Of a stretch of 64,000 nt of DNA, positions 29,505-39,255 are shown piece after piece. Source of the DNA: Candidatus Kaiserbacteria bacterium (GTDB lineage: Bacteria; Patescibacteriota; Minisyncoccia; Phycocordibacterales; UBA2100). Below the pieces are notes generated by a model, which was not told the origin of the DNA, did not search any database, and saw nothing but the letters and a program-made list of their open reading frames with translations. How positions within the stretch are numbered: position 1 is the first letter of the stretch; each line of letters starts with the position of its first letter. Where the stretch lies: contig JAQBQU010000010.1 of assembly GCA_028286865.1 (NCBI GenBank), forward strand, positions 6,143-70,142, read 5' to 3'. The position numbers were made by a program, and so were the translations under genes.

Positions 29505-30834
29505 CTTGTACATAGTCCTCATCGAGGCGCTGCGCCTCACTGTCTCCCGCATCGCGCATTTTCTGCTGGTCTTCGAAGCGCGCGCGCTGGTCCTGCGGAT
29601 CATTGAGCTCCGAGAATCCCTTGCCCATTTCAGAGCCGGCGAGGATGACCTGGAATCGCTCAACGACGTTCTCATTCGATGGACTGCGCTTCGCGAGCGG
29701 CTCCATGTATACCGGCACTCCCGTGAGAAATGCAGGGCCTGATATGGTCTTGCGAATGCTTTTCCACAGAAGATCGATAGCGCGCACTTTGTTGAGCTCT
29801 TCAGATACTACGATCTCCGCATTGCGAACCGCTTGTATCGCCTCCGCTTCAGTGCACGTGAGCGGGTCTATGCCGAATTTCTCGCTGATGATGGAACACA
29901 GATCTATCTCTTTCCATTCTTCCGCAAGATCTACGGTGTGGTCTCCTATTTCGAAGGTGTATTTACCGTACACCTCTTTGGCTATCGTGCGATAGAGATC
30001 CTGCACGAACACCATTCCTTTGCGCATGTCGCTGAAGGCTTCGTATGACTCCCACTGCGTATAGTCCTGCAAATGCTCGCGTGACTGACCTTCATTGCGG
30101 AAGATGCGCCCGATCTCGAATACCTTGGGAAATCCCGCGACGAGAAGGCGCTTGAGCCAGAGCTCGAGAGAGATGCGAAGCGATACGTCGATATCAAGCG
30201 CATTGTGGTGCGTTTCAAACGGGCGCGCCTCAGCACCTCCCGGAGTCGATTCCAAGACCGGTGTCTCCACCTCCATAAATCCGTGTGCGATATAAAAATT
30301 ACGAATTGTCTGCCAGAATTTCGAACGTCGCTCGAACATCTCTCGCACATCCGCGTTCATCAAGATATCCAGATAGCGCTCACGCAATATTTTTTCCTCG
30401 TCTTTGAGCCCGAACCATCCGTCGGGAATCGCGGTAAGCGATTTTGAGAGCATTTTCCAATTCTTAGCAAGGAGGGACTTCTCGCCGCGCTTAGTGATAT
30501 ATGCGCTTCCCGCGGTCTCAATAAAATCTCCGATATCGGTCGCTTCCGAAAAAAGTGCGAAAATCGATTCATCCATTTCATCTTTCTGAAACACCACCTG
30601 CACTTTCGCGGTGCCGTCGTAAAGCGAGACGAACATGATGCCGCCTTGTCCGCGGATCGACATGATCCTGCCGGCGATCGTGAGTGTCGTTTCCGGCGTG
30701 AGGGAATCGAAATTGCCGACGAGATCGGAAATATTAGTATCTTTGCCGGAGTTGACCGGATATCCTTCCATTCCCGCAGCACGGACACGCTCGAGTTTTT
30801 TCAAGCGCTCAGCGCGAAGTTCGTCGATGCTCAT
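29383..30834 (-). CDS. lysS: Lysine--tRNA ligase (class II)
   Basis: OB-fold, GGAEARPF, EIGRIFRNEG, YGMPP..G..ERL. Confidence 0.97.
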   Translation of the reverse strand: MSIDELRAERLKKLERVRAAGMEGYPVNSGKDTNISDLVGNFDSLTPETTLTIAGRIMSIRGQGGIMFVSLYDGTAKVQVVFQKDEMDESIFALFSEATDIGDFIETAGSAYITKRGEKSLLAKNWKMLSKSLTAIPDGWFGLKDEEKILRERYLDILMNADVREMFERRSKFWQTIRNFYIAHGFMEVETPVLESTPGGAEARPFETHHNALDIDVSLRISLELWLKRLLVAGFPKVFEIGRIFRNEGQSREHLQDYTQWESYEAFSDMRKGMVFVQDLYRTIAKEVYGKYTFEIGDHTVDLAEEWKEIDLCSIISEKFGIDPLTCTEAEAIQAVRNAEIVVSEELNKVRAIDLLWKSIRKTISGPAFLTGVPVYMEPLAKRSPSNENVVERFQVILAGSEMGKGFSELNDPQDQRARFEDQQKMRDAGDSEAQRLDEDYVQAMEYGMPPAFGFGMSERLFSFLENKPVNQAQLFPLLRPRN

Positions 30835-30877
30835 GGGTGCTTATGATACCAGATGAAGAGCGGGACGCTATGCCGAA

Positions 30878-31990
30878 TTAGTGATGGTGGCCGCTGTGCC
30901 GGCTATGGGAGACCTTGCCCACCAGCATCCGTACGGATATGAACGTGGTGATGGGTACCGCAAGTACCAAGCCGATCGATCCGATAAGAATGCGCACGAT
31001 CTCGGTGGCAAAGATCTCCCTATTGATCGCCGTGGACCATGTGTCCGTACCATACCCGAAGAACAACAGCAGAAGCGGCAAGGCCGCGCCCACGTACGCG
31101 ATCGCGAGCGTATTGACCAAAGCCCCGATATGTTCGCGGCCGATACGAAGTGCCCGCTTATAAATATGCGCTCGACTGAGCTCGGGAGCCGCGACCGTGA
31201 GTTCCTCCACGGCTACCGCCTGTCCGATCGCCGCATCGTAGAGGACTCCCAGTACGCCGATGAGCATACCTCCCAGGAGAAGTCCCGCGAGATCAATCGA
31301 CCCGTGCGCATTCAGGTTCAGGTATACGGCTTCTTCATTGGCGATACCTGTTAATCGCGTGAACGGGATCGCGGCGTATGCGAGAAGACCGGTGATGACG
31401 ATGGTTAAGACCATGCCGAACACTGCGGTCGAGGTGGTCCTGTTGAATCCGTGGGTTATGTACGACCCCAGACAGATAATGAGAGACGAAACACCCATCG
31501 CGACGAGTACCGGCGGATATCCGTGAAGAATGCCCGGCAAGAGAAGGAATACAATGAAGAAGAGACTGCCGCCCAATGCAAGCAGTCCGCGCGCACCCTG
31601 CTTTCCGCCGAAGAAAAGAACAAGCGCGATAAAAAGGGCGCCGAGTATCGCGAGCGAGCCGAGCCGGTACGGTTCGTATACATAATAGTAATCGGTGCCG
31701 TCCAGCGCATTGACGTCGTGCCTCAGGTAGAACACTTCTCCCTGTTTCAACACGAGATAATCATTGGCGATGGTGACGGTCGTCCCCTGCTCTGCGCCGT
31801 CGAGTATTTGAATCTTGATCGTCTGGGTCGTAGCCGAGACATTAAGGCCGGGGACCTGCTTTGTCTCCTGCGAAACTACCTCAACGACCTTCGCTCTCAT
31901 CGTCGTGATCGTGTCGGATACGAGTTCCTGCGCATGCGCGAACGGCGCAACGAACAGAAGTGCCACTATCGGCAGCAGGAATATCCTCAT
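30878..31990 (-). CDS. YibE/F family membrane protein with a His-rich tail
   Basis: GVLYD, GREHIGALVNTLAIAYVG, EIVR..GSIG..PIT; ends HSRHSGHHH. Confidence 0.88.
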   Translation of the reverse strand: MRIFLLPIVALLFVAPFAHAQELVSDTITTMRAKVVEVVSQETKQVPGLNVSATTQTIKIQILDGAEQGTTVTIANDYLVLKQGEVFYLRHDVNALDGTDYYYVYEPYRLGSLAILGALFIALVLFFGGKQGARGLLALGGSLFFIVFLLLPGILHGYPPVLVAMGVSSLIICLGSYITHGFNRTTSTAVFGMVLTIVITGLLAYAAIPFTRLTGIANEEAVYLNLNAHGSIDLAGLLLGGMLIGVLGVLYDAAIGQAVAVEELTVAAPELSRAHIYKRALRIGREHIGALVNTLAIAYVGAALPLLLLFFGYGTDTWSTAINREIFATEIVRILIGSIGLVLAVPITTFISVRMLVGKVSHSRHSGHHH

Positions 31991-32039
31991 AAATATATGG
32001 TACCTCCGATCCGCCGTTTCATAAACCCCGGAACTTCGG

Positions 32040-32840
32040 TCAGGGTCGATCCTTTCCAGCCATGATAAGAAGGAAGACTATCAGCATAATGAGCACGATA
32101 GTGCCCCCCGTAGCAAGGTTCAGATAGAACGACGCAAAAATACCGGTCACAACGGAGAATACGGATATCACCTCTGCATAGACGAGAGTTTGCAAAAAAC
32201 TTTTTCGAAGCTGCAATGCGGCGACAACGGGGATGACAATGAGAGCCGCGATCAAGAGTATGCCCACGACGGGAATTGAGAGTGCTACCGTCAACGCGGC
32301 CAGAACAATAAGAACTCTGTTTATGCGATCGACAGCGATCCCGGAGACCCGCGCGGATTCTTCATCGAAGCTGATATATACGAGCTCTTTGTAGAGCGCG
32401 AAGAGAACGCAGGCAACGACAACTGCAAGCACGGCGATGGTATACACGTCAGTCTGTGTCACGGTGACGATGCTGCCAAAAAGATAATTCAGCAGATTGG
32501 CGTTAAAGCCTTTACCGAGACTCAGGAGAACCGTGGCAAGGGCGAGAGCACCGGAAAGAAAAAGTGCAAGAGCCGATTCACCATAAACGCGCTTCGATGT
32601 TCGTAATTTTTCGATCCCGAGCGAAGAAACGACAGTTACGCCTATTGCACTCCACATGGGATTGACTCCGAACAGAAATCCCAATGCTACTCCCGCCAAA
32701 GACACATGAGAAAGTGTGTCCGCGATAAGAGAATAGCGACGCAAGACCAAAAAGATGCCAATGAGTGGCGCAATGAATGCGACGATCACTCCGGCCTCGA
32801 TTCCGCGAACGAAAAAACTGTAGTGCAAAATATCAAACAT
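32040..32840 (-). CDS. znuB: Zn/Mn ABC transporter permease
   Basis: DTLSHVSLAG, YLFGSI, FDEESA; operon context. Confidence 0.88.
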   Translation of the reverse strand: MFDILHYSFFVRGIEAGVIVAFIAPLIGIFLVLRRYSLIADTLSHVSLAGVALGFLFGVNPMWSAIGVTVVSSLGIEKLRTSKRVYGESALALFLSGALALATVLLSLGKGFNANLLNYLFGSIVTVTQTDVYTIAVLAVVVACVLFALYKELVYISFDEESARVSGIAVDRINRVLIVLAALTVALSIPVVGILLIAALIVIPVVAALQLRKSFLQTLVYAEVISVFSVVTGIFASFYLNLATGGTIVLIMLIVFLLIMAGKDRP

Positions 32841-32843
32841 ACA

Positions 32844-33581
32844 TCATGGATGAGGATGAACTACTGCGTGTGAATCCTTGAAATAGGCGTCGATCGAATC
32901 ATGGAAGAAGATCGTGTGGTCTATGCATGCGATGTGCATGGCTTCGTGCGCCATACTTTCGATGTCGTGAGTTATGAGCACGACCGTGAGATGTAGGTCT
33001 TCATTCAGCTTGCGAAGTAGAGCATAGAACTCGTCCTTGATATGCGTTTCGACGCCAACGGTGGGTTCATCGAGAAATATCACCTCCGGCTTACCCGCGA
33101 GCGCACGCGCTATGAACACACGCTGTTGCTGACCCCCTGAAAGATCACCGATCTGGCGATCCTTGTATTCCCACATTTCTACCTGTTCAAGCGCTTTTCT
33201 TGCCTCAGTGCGGTCTTCTTCTGTCACGCGATGCATGAGACCTCGTCGCCCATAACGACCCATGAGGACGACCTCTCTGACCGTGGCGGGGAAATTCGGA
33301 TCGAAATTCGTTACCTTTTGCGGCACGTAACCGATCTTCGACCAGTCTTTGAACTCCCTTATGTCCTGTCCGAAAAGTAGGACCTTCCCTTTTTGCGGCG
33401 ACAAAAGCCCGAGTATGATCTTCAGAAGCGACGTCTTCCCCGCGCCATTCCCGCCAACAATACCGAGATAATCACCCCGGTGAATGGAAAGCGTGATGTC
33501 TTTCAAGACCTGTGTCGCGCCATAAGAGAACGAAATGTCGCTCACTTCTATAATATTTTCACCGTGATCCGAATTGCTCAT
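32844..33581 (-). CDS. znuC: Zn/Mn ABC transporter ATPase
   Basis: GGNGAGKT, IGYVPQK, LSGGQQQR. Confidence 0.9.
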   Translation of the reverse strand: MSNSDHGENIIEVSDISFSYGATQVLKDITLSIHRGDYLGIVGGNGAGKTSLLKIILGLLSPQKGKVLLFGQDIREFKDWSKIGYVPQKVTNFDPNFPATVREVVLMGRYGRRGLMHRVTEEDRTEARKALEQVEMWEYKDRQIGDLSGGQQQRVFIARALAGKPEVIFLDEPTVGVETHIKDEFYALLRKLNEDLHLTVVLITHDIESMAHEAMHIACIDHTIFFHDSIDAYFKDSHAVVHPHP

Positions 33582-34499
33582 TTATATGCATTCTAGCGCC
33601 TTTCTGAGGTTTGCAAGATTGTTTCGCATTACCGTCATGTAGTCCTTCCCGGCAGCGAGATCATCGGCGCTCAGTCCCTCGAGAGGATCAAGTACCATTG
33701 TTTCCGCGCCGACCTCAGATGCGATTGTCTGCGAGAGCTTAGGGGATACGAGACTCTCGAAGAAAATAATTTTTACATTATTTTTTCGCGCAAAATCAGC
33801 AATATCCGCCAGTTCTTTTGTGGAAGGCTCTGCATCGGGAGACAGCCCTGTGATCGCGACCTGGGTCAGATGGTAGGTCGTTGCGAGATAACCAAAGGCA
33901 GCATGTGAAGTGATGATGTCTTTCTTGGCACAGCTTGCCAGACCCGTCTTGAATTCAGAATCGAGTTGGTCCAACTGCGATTTAAGAGCTTCTGCATTCG
34001 CAGCATAATAGGAGGTATTTGACGGATCTATCTGCACGAATCCACGTTCGATCTTATCCACCATCTTCTTAGCAAGAGTCGGCGATTGCCATACGTGCGG
34101 ATCTGTTACGCTCTGTCCGCCCTCTACAACCTGCTGTGTCTCAAGACCTTCTCCGGCTGTCACGATAAGAGTCTTGTTAGGATCAAGATTTTTTTGCATG
34201 TTAACTCCCCACGGCTCAACTCCGCCGTTGAGCACAAGCATTCTGCTGTTCTCTATGGTCGCCATGTCTTGCGCCGTTGGCTCATAGTCATGCGGTTCGG
34301 CGTCGGCCGGCGTAATATTCACTACATCAGCTTTGTCGCCCCCGATCTGACTAGCAAAAAAGTATTCGGGATAAAAACCCGTTGCCACTTTGATCTTATG
34401 TGTATCCTGCCCCGGTGTCCGCTCATGAAAGATCGCAAATGAGATAACTCCGATGATGATGACTCCTATGAGTGCTGCGAACCATTTAGTAGTGTTCAT
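33582..34499 (-). CDS. znuA: Zn ABC transporter substrate-binding protein
   Basis: EPHDYEP, DPHVW, SHAAFGY, LDPLEG. Confidence 0.9.
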   Translation of the reverse strand: MNTTKWFAALIGVIIIGVISFAIFHERTPGQDTHKIKVATGFYPEYFFASQIGGDKADVVNITPADAEPHDYEPTAQDMATIENSRMLVLNGGVEPWGVNMQKNLDPNKTLIVTAGEGLETQQVVEGGQSVTDPHVWQSPTLAKKMVDKIERGFVQIDPSNTSYYAANAEALKSQLDQLDSEFKTGLASCAKKDIITSHAAFGYLATTYHLTQVAITGLSPDAEPSTKELADIADFARKNNVKIIFFESLVSPKLSQTIASEVGAETMVLDPLEGLSADDLAAGKDYMTVMRNNLANLRKALECI

Positions 34500-34516
34500 A
34501 TGACTTATTATTTATA

Positions 34517-34954
34517 TTAAGCTGTTTTGACGCAGGTATTGCAGAGTCCAAAAAGCTCAAGCGAATGATTGGTAACTTTTGCGAAGCCGCTCGTCTGACT
34601 CAAGGCTTTATCGGCAAGCTTGTCATAATCGCATCCGGTAAAATCTTCCACTCGGTCGCATCCTGTACAGACAATGTGATGATGATCGTGCGCCGCGTCT
34701 TTCAACTCATAGTAGGCGCGACCGTGCTGGAAATCCACTTGCGCCACAAGTCCGACTGCCTTAAAGGCTTCGAGTATGCGATACACGGTGACCTGGTCGA
34801 CTTTCTCCCGGCCGATCCCCGTGATTATTTCCTTAATGCTCGCCGGATATTCGATTCCATGTAGAAAAGCGAGCACCAGCAGCCGAGGTTTCGTGGCGCG
34901 AAAACCCGCCTTTCTGATAATGCCGGCGAGTTCAACTCCTGCTGGCTTTTTCAT
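34517..34954 (-). CDS. zur: Fur-family regulator, probably Zur
   Basis: TVYRIL, HDHHHIVCTGC, GLCNTC; first gene of the znu operon. Confidence 0.8.
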   Translation of the reverse strand: MKKPAGVELAGIIRKAGFRATKPRLLVLAFLHGIEYPASIKEIITGIGREKVDQVTVYRILEAFKAVGLVAQVDFQHGRAYYELKDAAHDHHHIVCTGCDRVEDFTGCDYDKLADKALSQTSGFAKVTNHSLELFGLCNTCVKTA

Positions 34955-34972
34955 ATGCAGTCATGGTATACC

Positions 34973-34993
34973 ACTTGCAACTGACTTGCAAGT
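34973..34993. promoter_or_regulatory. Fur-family-type operator box 1
   Basis: ACTTGCAA-CTGAC-TTGCAAGT palindrome in the zur promoter region. Confidence 0.75.
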
Positions 34994-35029
34994 ACTTGAC
35001 GACAGCTATAGCGATACCATAGTATGACC

Positions 35030-35048
35030 AATGCAAGTCAGTTGCATT
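35030..35048. promoter_or_regulatory. Fur-family-type operator box 2
   Basis: AATGCAA-GTCAG-TTGCATT; its 15-bp core is the exact reverse complement of box 1. Confidence 0.75.
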
Positions 35049-35063
35049 TATAAATAGTCAAAT

Positions 35064-36485
35064 ATGATCATGTATAGCATCAGAAAATATTCGTTCGCAA
35101 CCCTTCCGCTGCTGGCTCTGTATTTCACTCTGATAGCATTTGCTCAGGCAGATACCACGACTGCCCCTTGTCCTTACTCCTGGACGCAAGATCTCCAAGT
35201 GGGCAGCGCCGGCGATGATGTTCTGAAGCTCCAGCAATTCCTTAACTCAGATCTAAATACACAGATCGCGGTATCCGGTGCAGGGTCTCCTGGAAATGAG
35301 AGCACGAGTTATGGACTGCGAACCAAACAAGCCGTCGCAAAGCTACAGGAAAAGTATGCAGCCGATATTTTGTATCCGATCGGACTCGTAAAAGGAACTG
35401 GTTCGGTTGGCATGAAAACTCGAACGAAATTGAACGCGCTGTGCACTACTTCTACGACAACTGCCGCCGTGCAGATCACTCTTTCCGATGCTGAAATTTT
35501 GACTATCACGGATCCGACTCAACCAGCGGCAACACTAGCTCCCCCAGGCGCAGGCGGGGTGCCGTTCACGACAATCACCCTCACGGCCGGAAGTAAAGAT
35601 GTAGACGTGCAGAGTATCACTGTCGAGCGTACGGGTCCTGGATCGGATGGATCGTTCGACAGCATCTCCCTTACGGATGAAAATGGAGACGGCATTGGCG
35701 GCGATGAACATTTCGACTCAAATCACCAGACCGTGTTCCGTGAACCGTTCACGATACCGGCGCACACGTCTAAAACGCTTACCATCTTGGGCAATATGGC
35801 AAATGAGCTAACAGACTATGCCGGACAGACGCCGATAATACAGATCAACGTTATTGATACGTCGGCAAGTGTTGTCGGGACACTCCCGTTCAAAGGCACG
35901 GCCCAGACCATAAACGATTCCCTCATCATCGGAGGCGCGACCGCGATGCTGTCTCAGTATGACCCGGACACGAATACAAATCGCTACATCAACGATACAG
36001 ACATTCGCTTCTCAGGTATTCGTATTACCGCAAACTCCCAAGAAGACCTCACTCTCGATTCGATCACATGGGACCAAGGCGGTACGGCAGGAAATAGCGA
36101 TATCTCGAATGTCGTTACTTTCGTGAATGGAACACCATATCCCACCGAAATGGTCGATCACTCCTATACCTCTACTTTTTTCCCGGGCATTGTGATCCCC
36201 AAGGGCCGATCAATAGATGCGTATATCCAGGGAGACCTCACCACAGGCGGGTCAAATCGAACGGTTGAGTTTGACATAGGCGGTTCAGACGACATCGCTC
36301 TCACTGGCAATACGTTCGGGTACGGTGTAGGAATTTCGGCGCAGGGCAACACTGCCGTGAGCGGTAATTCCGTATTCATTACAAGCGACGGCTCTCCTGA
36401 CGGCGACGAAGGTGGTCCGTTCTATGCCGGATCAGTCGTAACGATCAATGGCAGTGCAGTTACCTCGATCGGGAAAGCGAACTAG
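35064..36485 (+). CDS. Secreted surface protein with an N-terminal peptidoglycan-binding-like domain and beta-rich repeats
   Basis: Signal peptide, DLQVGSAGDDVLKLQQFLN...YGLRTKQAV, Thr/Asp-rich beta domains. Confidence 0.75.
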   Translation: MIMYSIRKYSFATLPLLALYFTLIAFAQADTTTAPCPYSWTQDLQVGSAGDDVLKLQQFLNSDLNTQIAVSGAGSPGNESTSYGLRTKQAVAKLQEKYAADILYPIGLVKGTGSVGMKTRTKLNALCTTSTTTAAVQITLSDAEILTITDPTQPAATLAPPGAGGVPFTTITLTAGSKDVDVQSITVERTGPGSDGSFDSISLTDENGDGIGGDEHFDSNHQTVFREPFTIPAHTSKTLTILGNMANELTDYAGQTPIIQINVIDTSASVVGTLPFKGTAQTINDSLIIGGATAMLSQYDPDTNTNRYINDTDIRFSGIRITANSQEDLTLDSITWDQGGTAGNSDISNVVTFVNGTPYPTEMVDHSYTSTFFPGIVIPKGRSIDAYIQGDLTTGGSNRTVEFDIGGSDDIALTGNTFGYGVGISAQGNTAVSGNSVFITSDGSPDGDEGGPFYAGSVVTINGSAVTSIGKAN

Positions 36486-36538
36486 ATCCGCGAACACTGA
36501 CTGCAAATCACTTGTTGGCCGATTAATTGGAGAGATCT

Positions 36539-37111
36539 CTACAGACTTATCCTCATGTACCCGTTATGATCGCGCAGATATTTCTTGGCGATGACGGTCG
36601 TTGCGAATGTCGCGATCATCAGCATGATCCATGCAGCGAGCAAGAGGTCACCCAGATCACTGATCCGTGCCTCGACGACCCGCATGTTGCGTCCCACGAG
36701 CACGAATCCTTTTCCCTGCGGGATGGCTTTTACGACCGCAGCAATGCGAACTCCGACCTCCGGCTCGAGCGTCAGGCGGTCGTCGGAGTTGTTCGCGGCG
36801 TACTCAAAGACACCGGCGGGAGGCACCGGTACGCGGCCGTCGAGCAGGCCCGAGGATACCAGCGGCGTGCCGGTGGCATCGTATACCACCATGAAAGCGG
36901 CGAGACTTCCCGCGATATCGACACTGGTCTTGGGTATGGTACTCGATGCGCTCGCACCGCCCGATATGCGTGCCACAGCGTCCTCGGCGAGCTGTATCTG
37001 AGGGTCATTGAGCGACTGGCGATATATCTGCTGTCCCGAGGCGTATATGGCCAAACAGAGGCCCGTGATGGCCACTGCAAGCGGCAACCAGCTTCTCAGG
37101 TATGTGGGCAT
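36539..37111 (-). CDS. Two-TM protein with a sensor-like extracytoplasmic domain
   Basis: TM-loop-TM topology, no kinase domain. Confidence 0.7.
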   Translation of the reverse strand: MPTYLRSWLPLAVAITGLCLAIYASGQQIYRQSLNDPQIQLAEDAVARISGGASASSTIPKTSVDIAGSLAAFMVVYDATGTPLVSSGLLDGRVPVPPAGVFEYAANNSDDRLTLEPEVGVRIAAVVKAIPQGKGFVLVGRNMRVVEARISDLGDLLLAAWIMLMIATFATTVIAKKYLRDHNGYMRISL

Positions 37112-37150
37112 CTATCGACTATACCAGAGCCTTCATAAACGCAAAGCGCC

Positions 37151-38065
37151 TTAGGAAAGGCGCTTTTTGTCGAGAAGTGTCGAGAGGATGGCCATGCGGA
37201 CGATGAGCCCGTAGCCGACCTGTTTGAAATATACGGCATGCGGCGAATCATCGACTTCGGGCATGATCTCGCCGACGCGCGGAAGCGGATGAATGATGAT
37301 AGCCCCCGGCTTCATGGAATCCGCGAGCGAGCGGTCGATGATGTAGCCCCCGCGGAATCGTTCGTATTCCTCGATGCTCGGAAATCGTTCTTTTTGCACG
37401 CGCGTCTGGTAGATCACATCCGCCACCGCCATCGCATCCTTCATACTCTCGGTCTCGGTGTAGGACACATGATGCTCATCGAGATGCGCTTTTATATCGT
37501 CAGCCATTCGCAGCTCGGGAGAAGAGACGAGCGTGAGTTTAATGTCGTTGTATTTGCTCAAGAGGTACGCGAGGGAGCGTGCGGCCCGCCCGTAGCGAAG
37601 ATCGCCGATGATGGCCACGTGCACTCCGTCAATATGTCCGATCTCTCGGTCTATCGTGTAGAGATCGAGCAGTGCCTGGGTCGGATGCTGACCGGCGCCG
37701 TCGCCCGCATTGATCACCGGTATCTCTGAGATAGCCGCAGCTCTCTCGGCGGCGCCCGCTTCAGGAGAACGCATGACGATGACATCCGCGTAATTATTCA
37801 TCACACGGATCGTATCCTCGAGCGTCTCCCCTTTTGTGGCCGATGATGCTTCGGTCGCATTCTCCGCCGTGATCACATGCCCGCCGAGCCGGTACATCGC
37901 AGACTCAAATGAAAAACGTGTACGCGTCGATGGCTCAAAGAAAAGTGACGCAAGTATCTTTCCGTGGAGCGAATCATCCCGGCGCGTCTCAAGTGCCGTC
38001 GCCAGTTCAAAAAGTTCCTTGAGCGAGGCGCGATCGAACTGCTGCGTTTCTACGAGATGATGCAT
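37151..38065 (-). CDS. pyrB: Aspartate carbamoyltransferase catalytic subunit
   Basis: FFEPSTRTRFSF, KGETLEDT, HPTQALLD, RVQKER, HPLP. Confidence 0.96.
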   Translation of the reverse strand: MHHLVETQQFDRASLKELFELATALETRRDDSLHGKILASLFFEPSTRTRFSFESAMYRLGGHVITAENATEASSATKGETLEDTIRVMNNYADVIVMRSPEAGAAERAAAISEIPVINAGDGAGQHPTQALLDLYTIDREIGHIDGVHVAIIGDLRYGRAARSLAYLLSKYNDIKLTLVSSPELRMADDIKAHLDEHHVSYTETESMKDAMAVADVIYQTRVQKERFPSIEEYERFRGGYIIDRSLADSMKPGAIIIHPLPRVGEIMPEVDDSPHAVYFKQVGYGLIVRMAILSTLLDKKRLS

Positions 38066-38108
38066 GTTTTGAGGGATTATAGCACCGCTATATTCCCATG
38101 CCACCGGA

Positions 38109-38840
38109 TCAGCGCGAGAGAATACTCAAGGCCCCGCGACTGCCGAGCAGCCAGCTGAAGAAACCCGATATCATGCCGGCGCGCGTCGGTACAACGCTTT
38201 GCGACGGCGTCTTCCACGAGAGGCGCTGTGCCACGAGCGTATGATCTTTTGTGTTGAGACTTCCGATCACCTCTATTTCGATGCCGACGGCAAGCTGATC
38301 GAGGGTGGCGTAGTTGCCGTCGAGCGTGAGGATGGTACCGCCGTTCGTGAAGACCGTCGTTCCGTCGGCGAGCGTGACAGTGGCTTTAGTCGCATCAATG
38401 CCGGTCACGGCTCCCCGCTCGGTGACCGACTCCCGCTGTATCGCGGTGTCTTTCACCATTGTCGCGTTCACCGTCGGGCTCGATGCCGACGTGTCGAGAT
38501 AGCCGCTGAATGAGATCGTGTCGCCGATCTTGATGAGCTTCAATGCGGCCGTACTTGTCGCATTGGGCTGAAAGCGGGTGGAGCCGGTGGTGTTGATGGT
38601 CCAGTTCATTGAAAAGGCTCCCCATCGACTGGAAACCATGATGACGTCGCCATAGACGGCCGTGACCACGGCATCCTTGACGATGACCTGTCCGCTCGAA
38701 GCGATAGAGACCTGCCCCGAGGATGAACCGGTATCGGCATGTGCGGTATTTACTGCCCATGCAAAAGAGAGTGCGATCGCAAGCATAAAAAAGGTAGTAC
38801 GGATCTGCCAGGTGGTGTAGTACTCGCGTGATGTGTTCAT
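38109..38840 (-). CDS. Exported DUF5666-like OB-repeat protein
   Basis: Signal peptide (AHA), two GxVTxx..IKxGD/GIEIEVxG repeats. Confidence 0.65.
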   Translation of the reverse strand: MNTSREYYTTWQIRTTFFMLAIALSFAWAVNTAHADTGSSSGQVSIASSGQVIVKDAVVTAVYGDVIMVSSRWGAFSMNWTINTTGSTRFQPNATSTAALKLIKIGDTISFSGYLDTSASSPTVNATMVKDTAIQRESVTERGAVTGIDATKATVTLADGTTVFTNGGTILTLDGNYATLDQLAVGIEIEVIGSLNTKDHTLVAQRLSWKTPSQSVVPTRAGMISGFFSWLLGSRGALSILSR

Positions 38841-38929
38841 AGATAGTGTGTATTGACGGGGCGATTAATGAGAACGCGTAAGGGGACGGCGCGACCGACC
38901 GTCCCCCGGGATACGTATCGGAAGTTGTC

Positions 38930-39082
38930 TTATCTGACCGGATTCTCCCCGCGAATGAGCCTGATAAGCACCATGATGATCGCTACGACGAGCAACAGAT
39001 GGATGAATCCGCCGATCGTGTACGAGGTGACGACCCCCAAAAGCCAAAGAACCAATAGTATGACGGCTATCGTATATAACAT
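38930..39082 (-). CDS. lmo0937/DUF5670-family small membrane protein (50 aa)
   Basis: MLYTIAVILLVLWLLG..YTIGGFIHLLLVVAII; absent from the ORF track. Confidence 0.85.
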   Translation of the reverse strand: MLYTIAVILLVLWLLGVVTSYTIGGFIHLLLVVAIIMVLIRLIRGENPVR

Positions 39083-39255
39083 ATGATCGCTGTGTATTGA
39101 TTGATAACGCTACCTGTAAGACGCGGGCCGAGGCTCACGCTTACCGAGCTTCATGATGCCCTATCGTGCCTGAAGTCATTATGAAGTTCGACTCCGAGCA
39201 GCGGGTGAAAAGCCCTTTATTTGCACAATATCCTGTGCGTAGCTACAATCAGACA

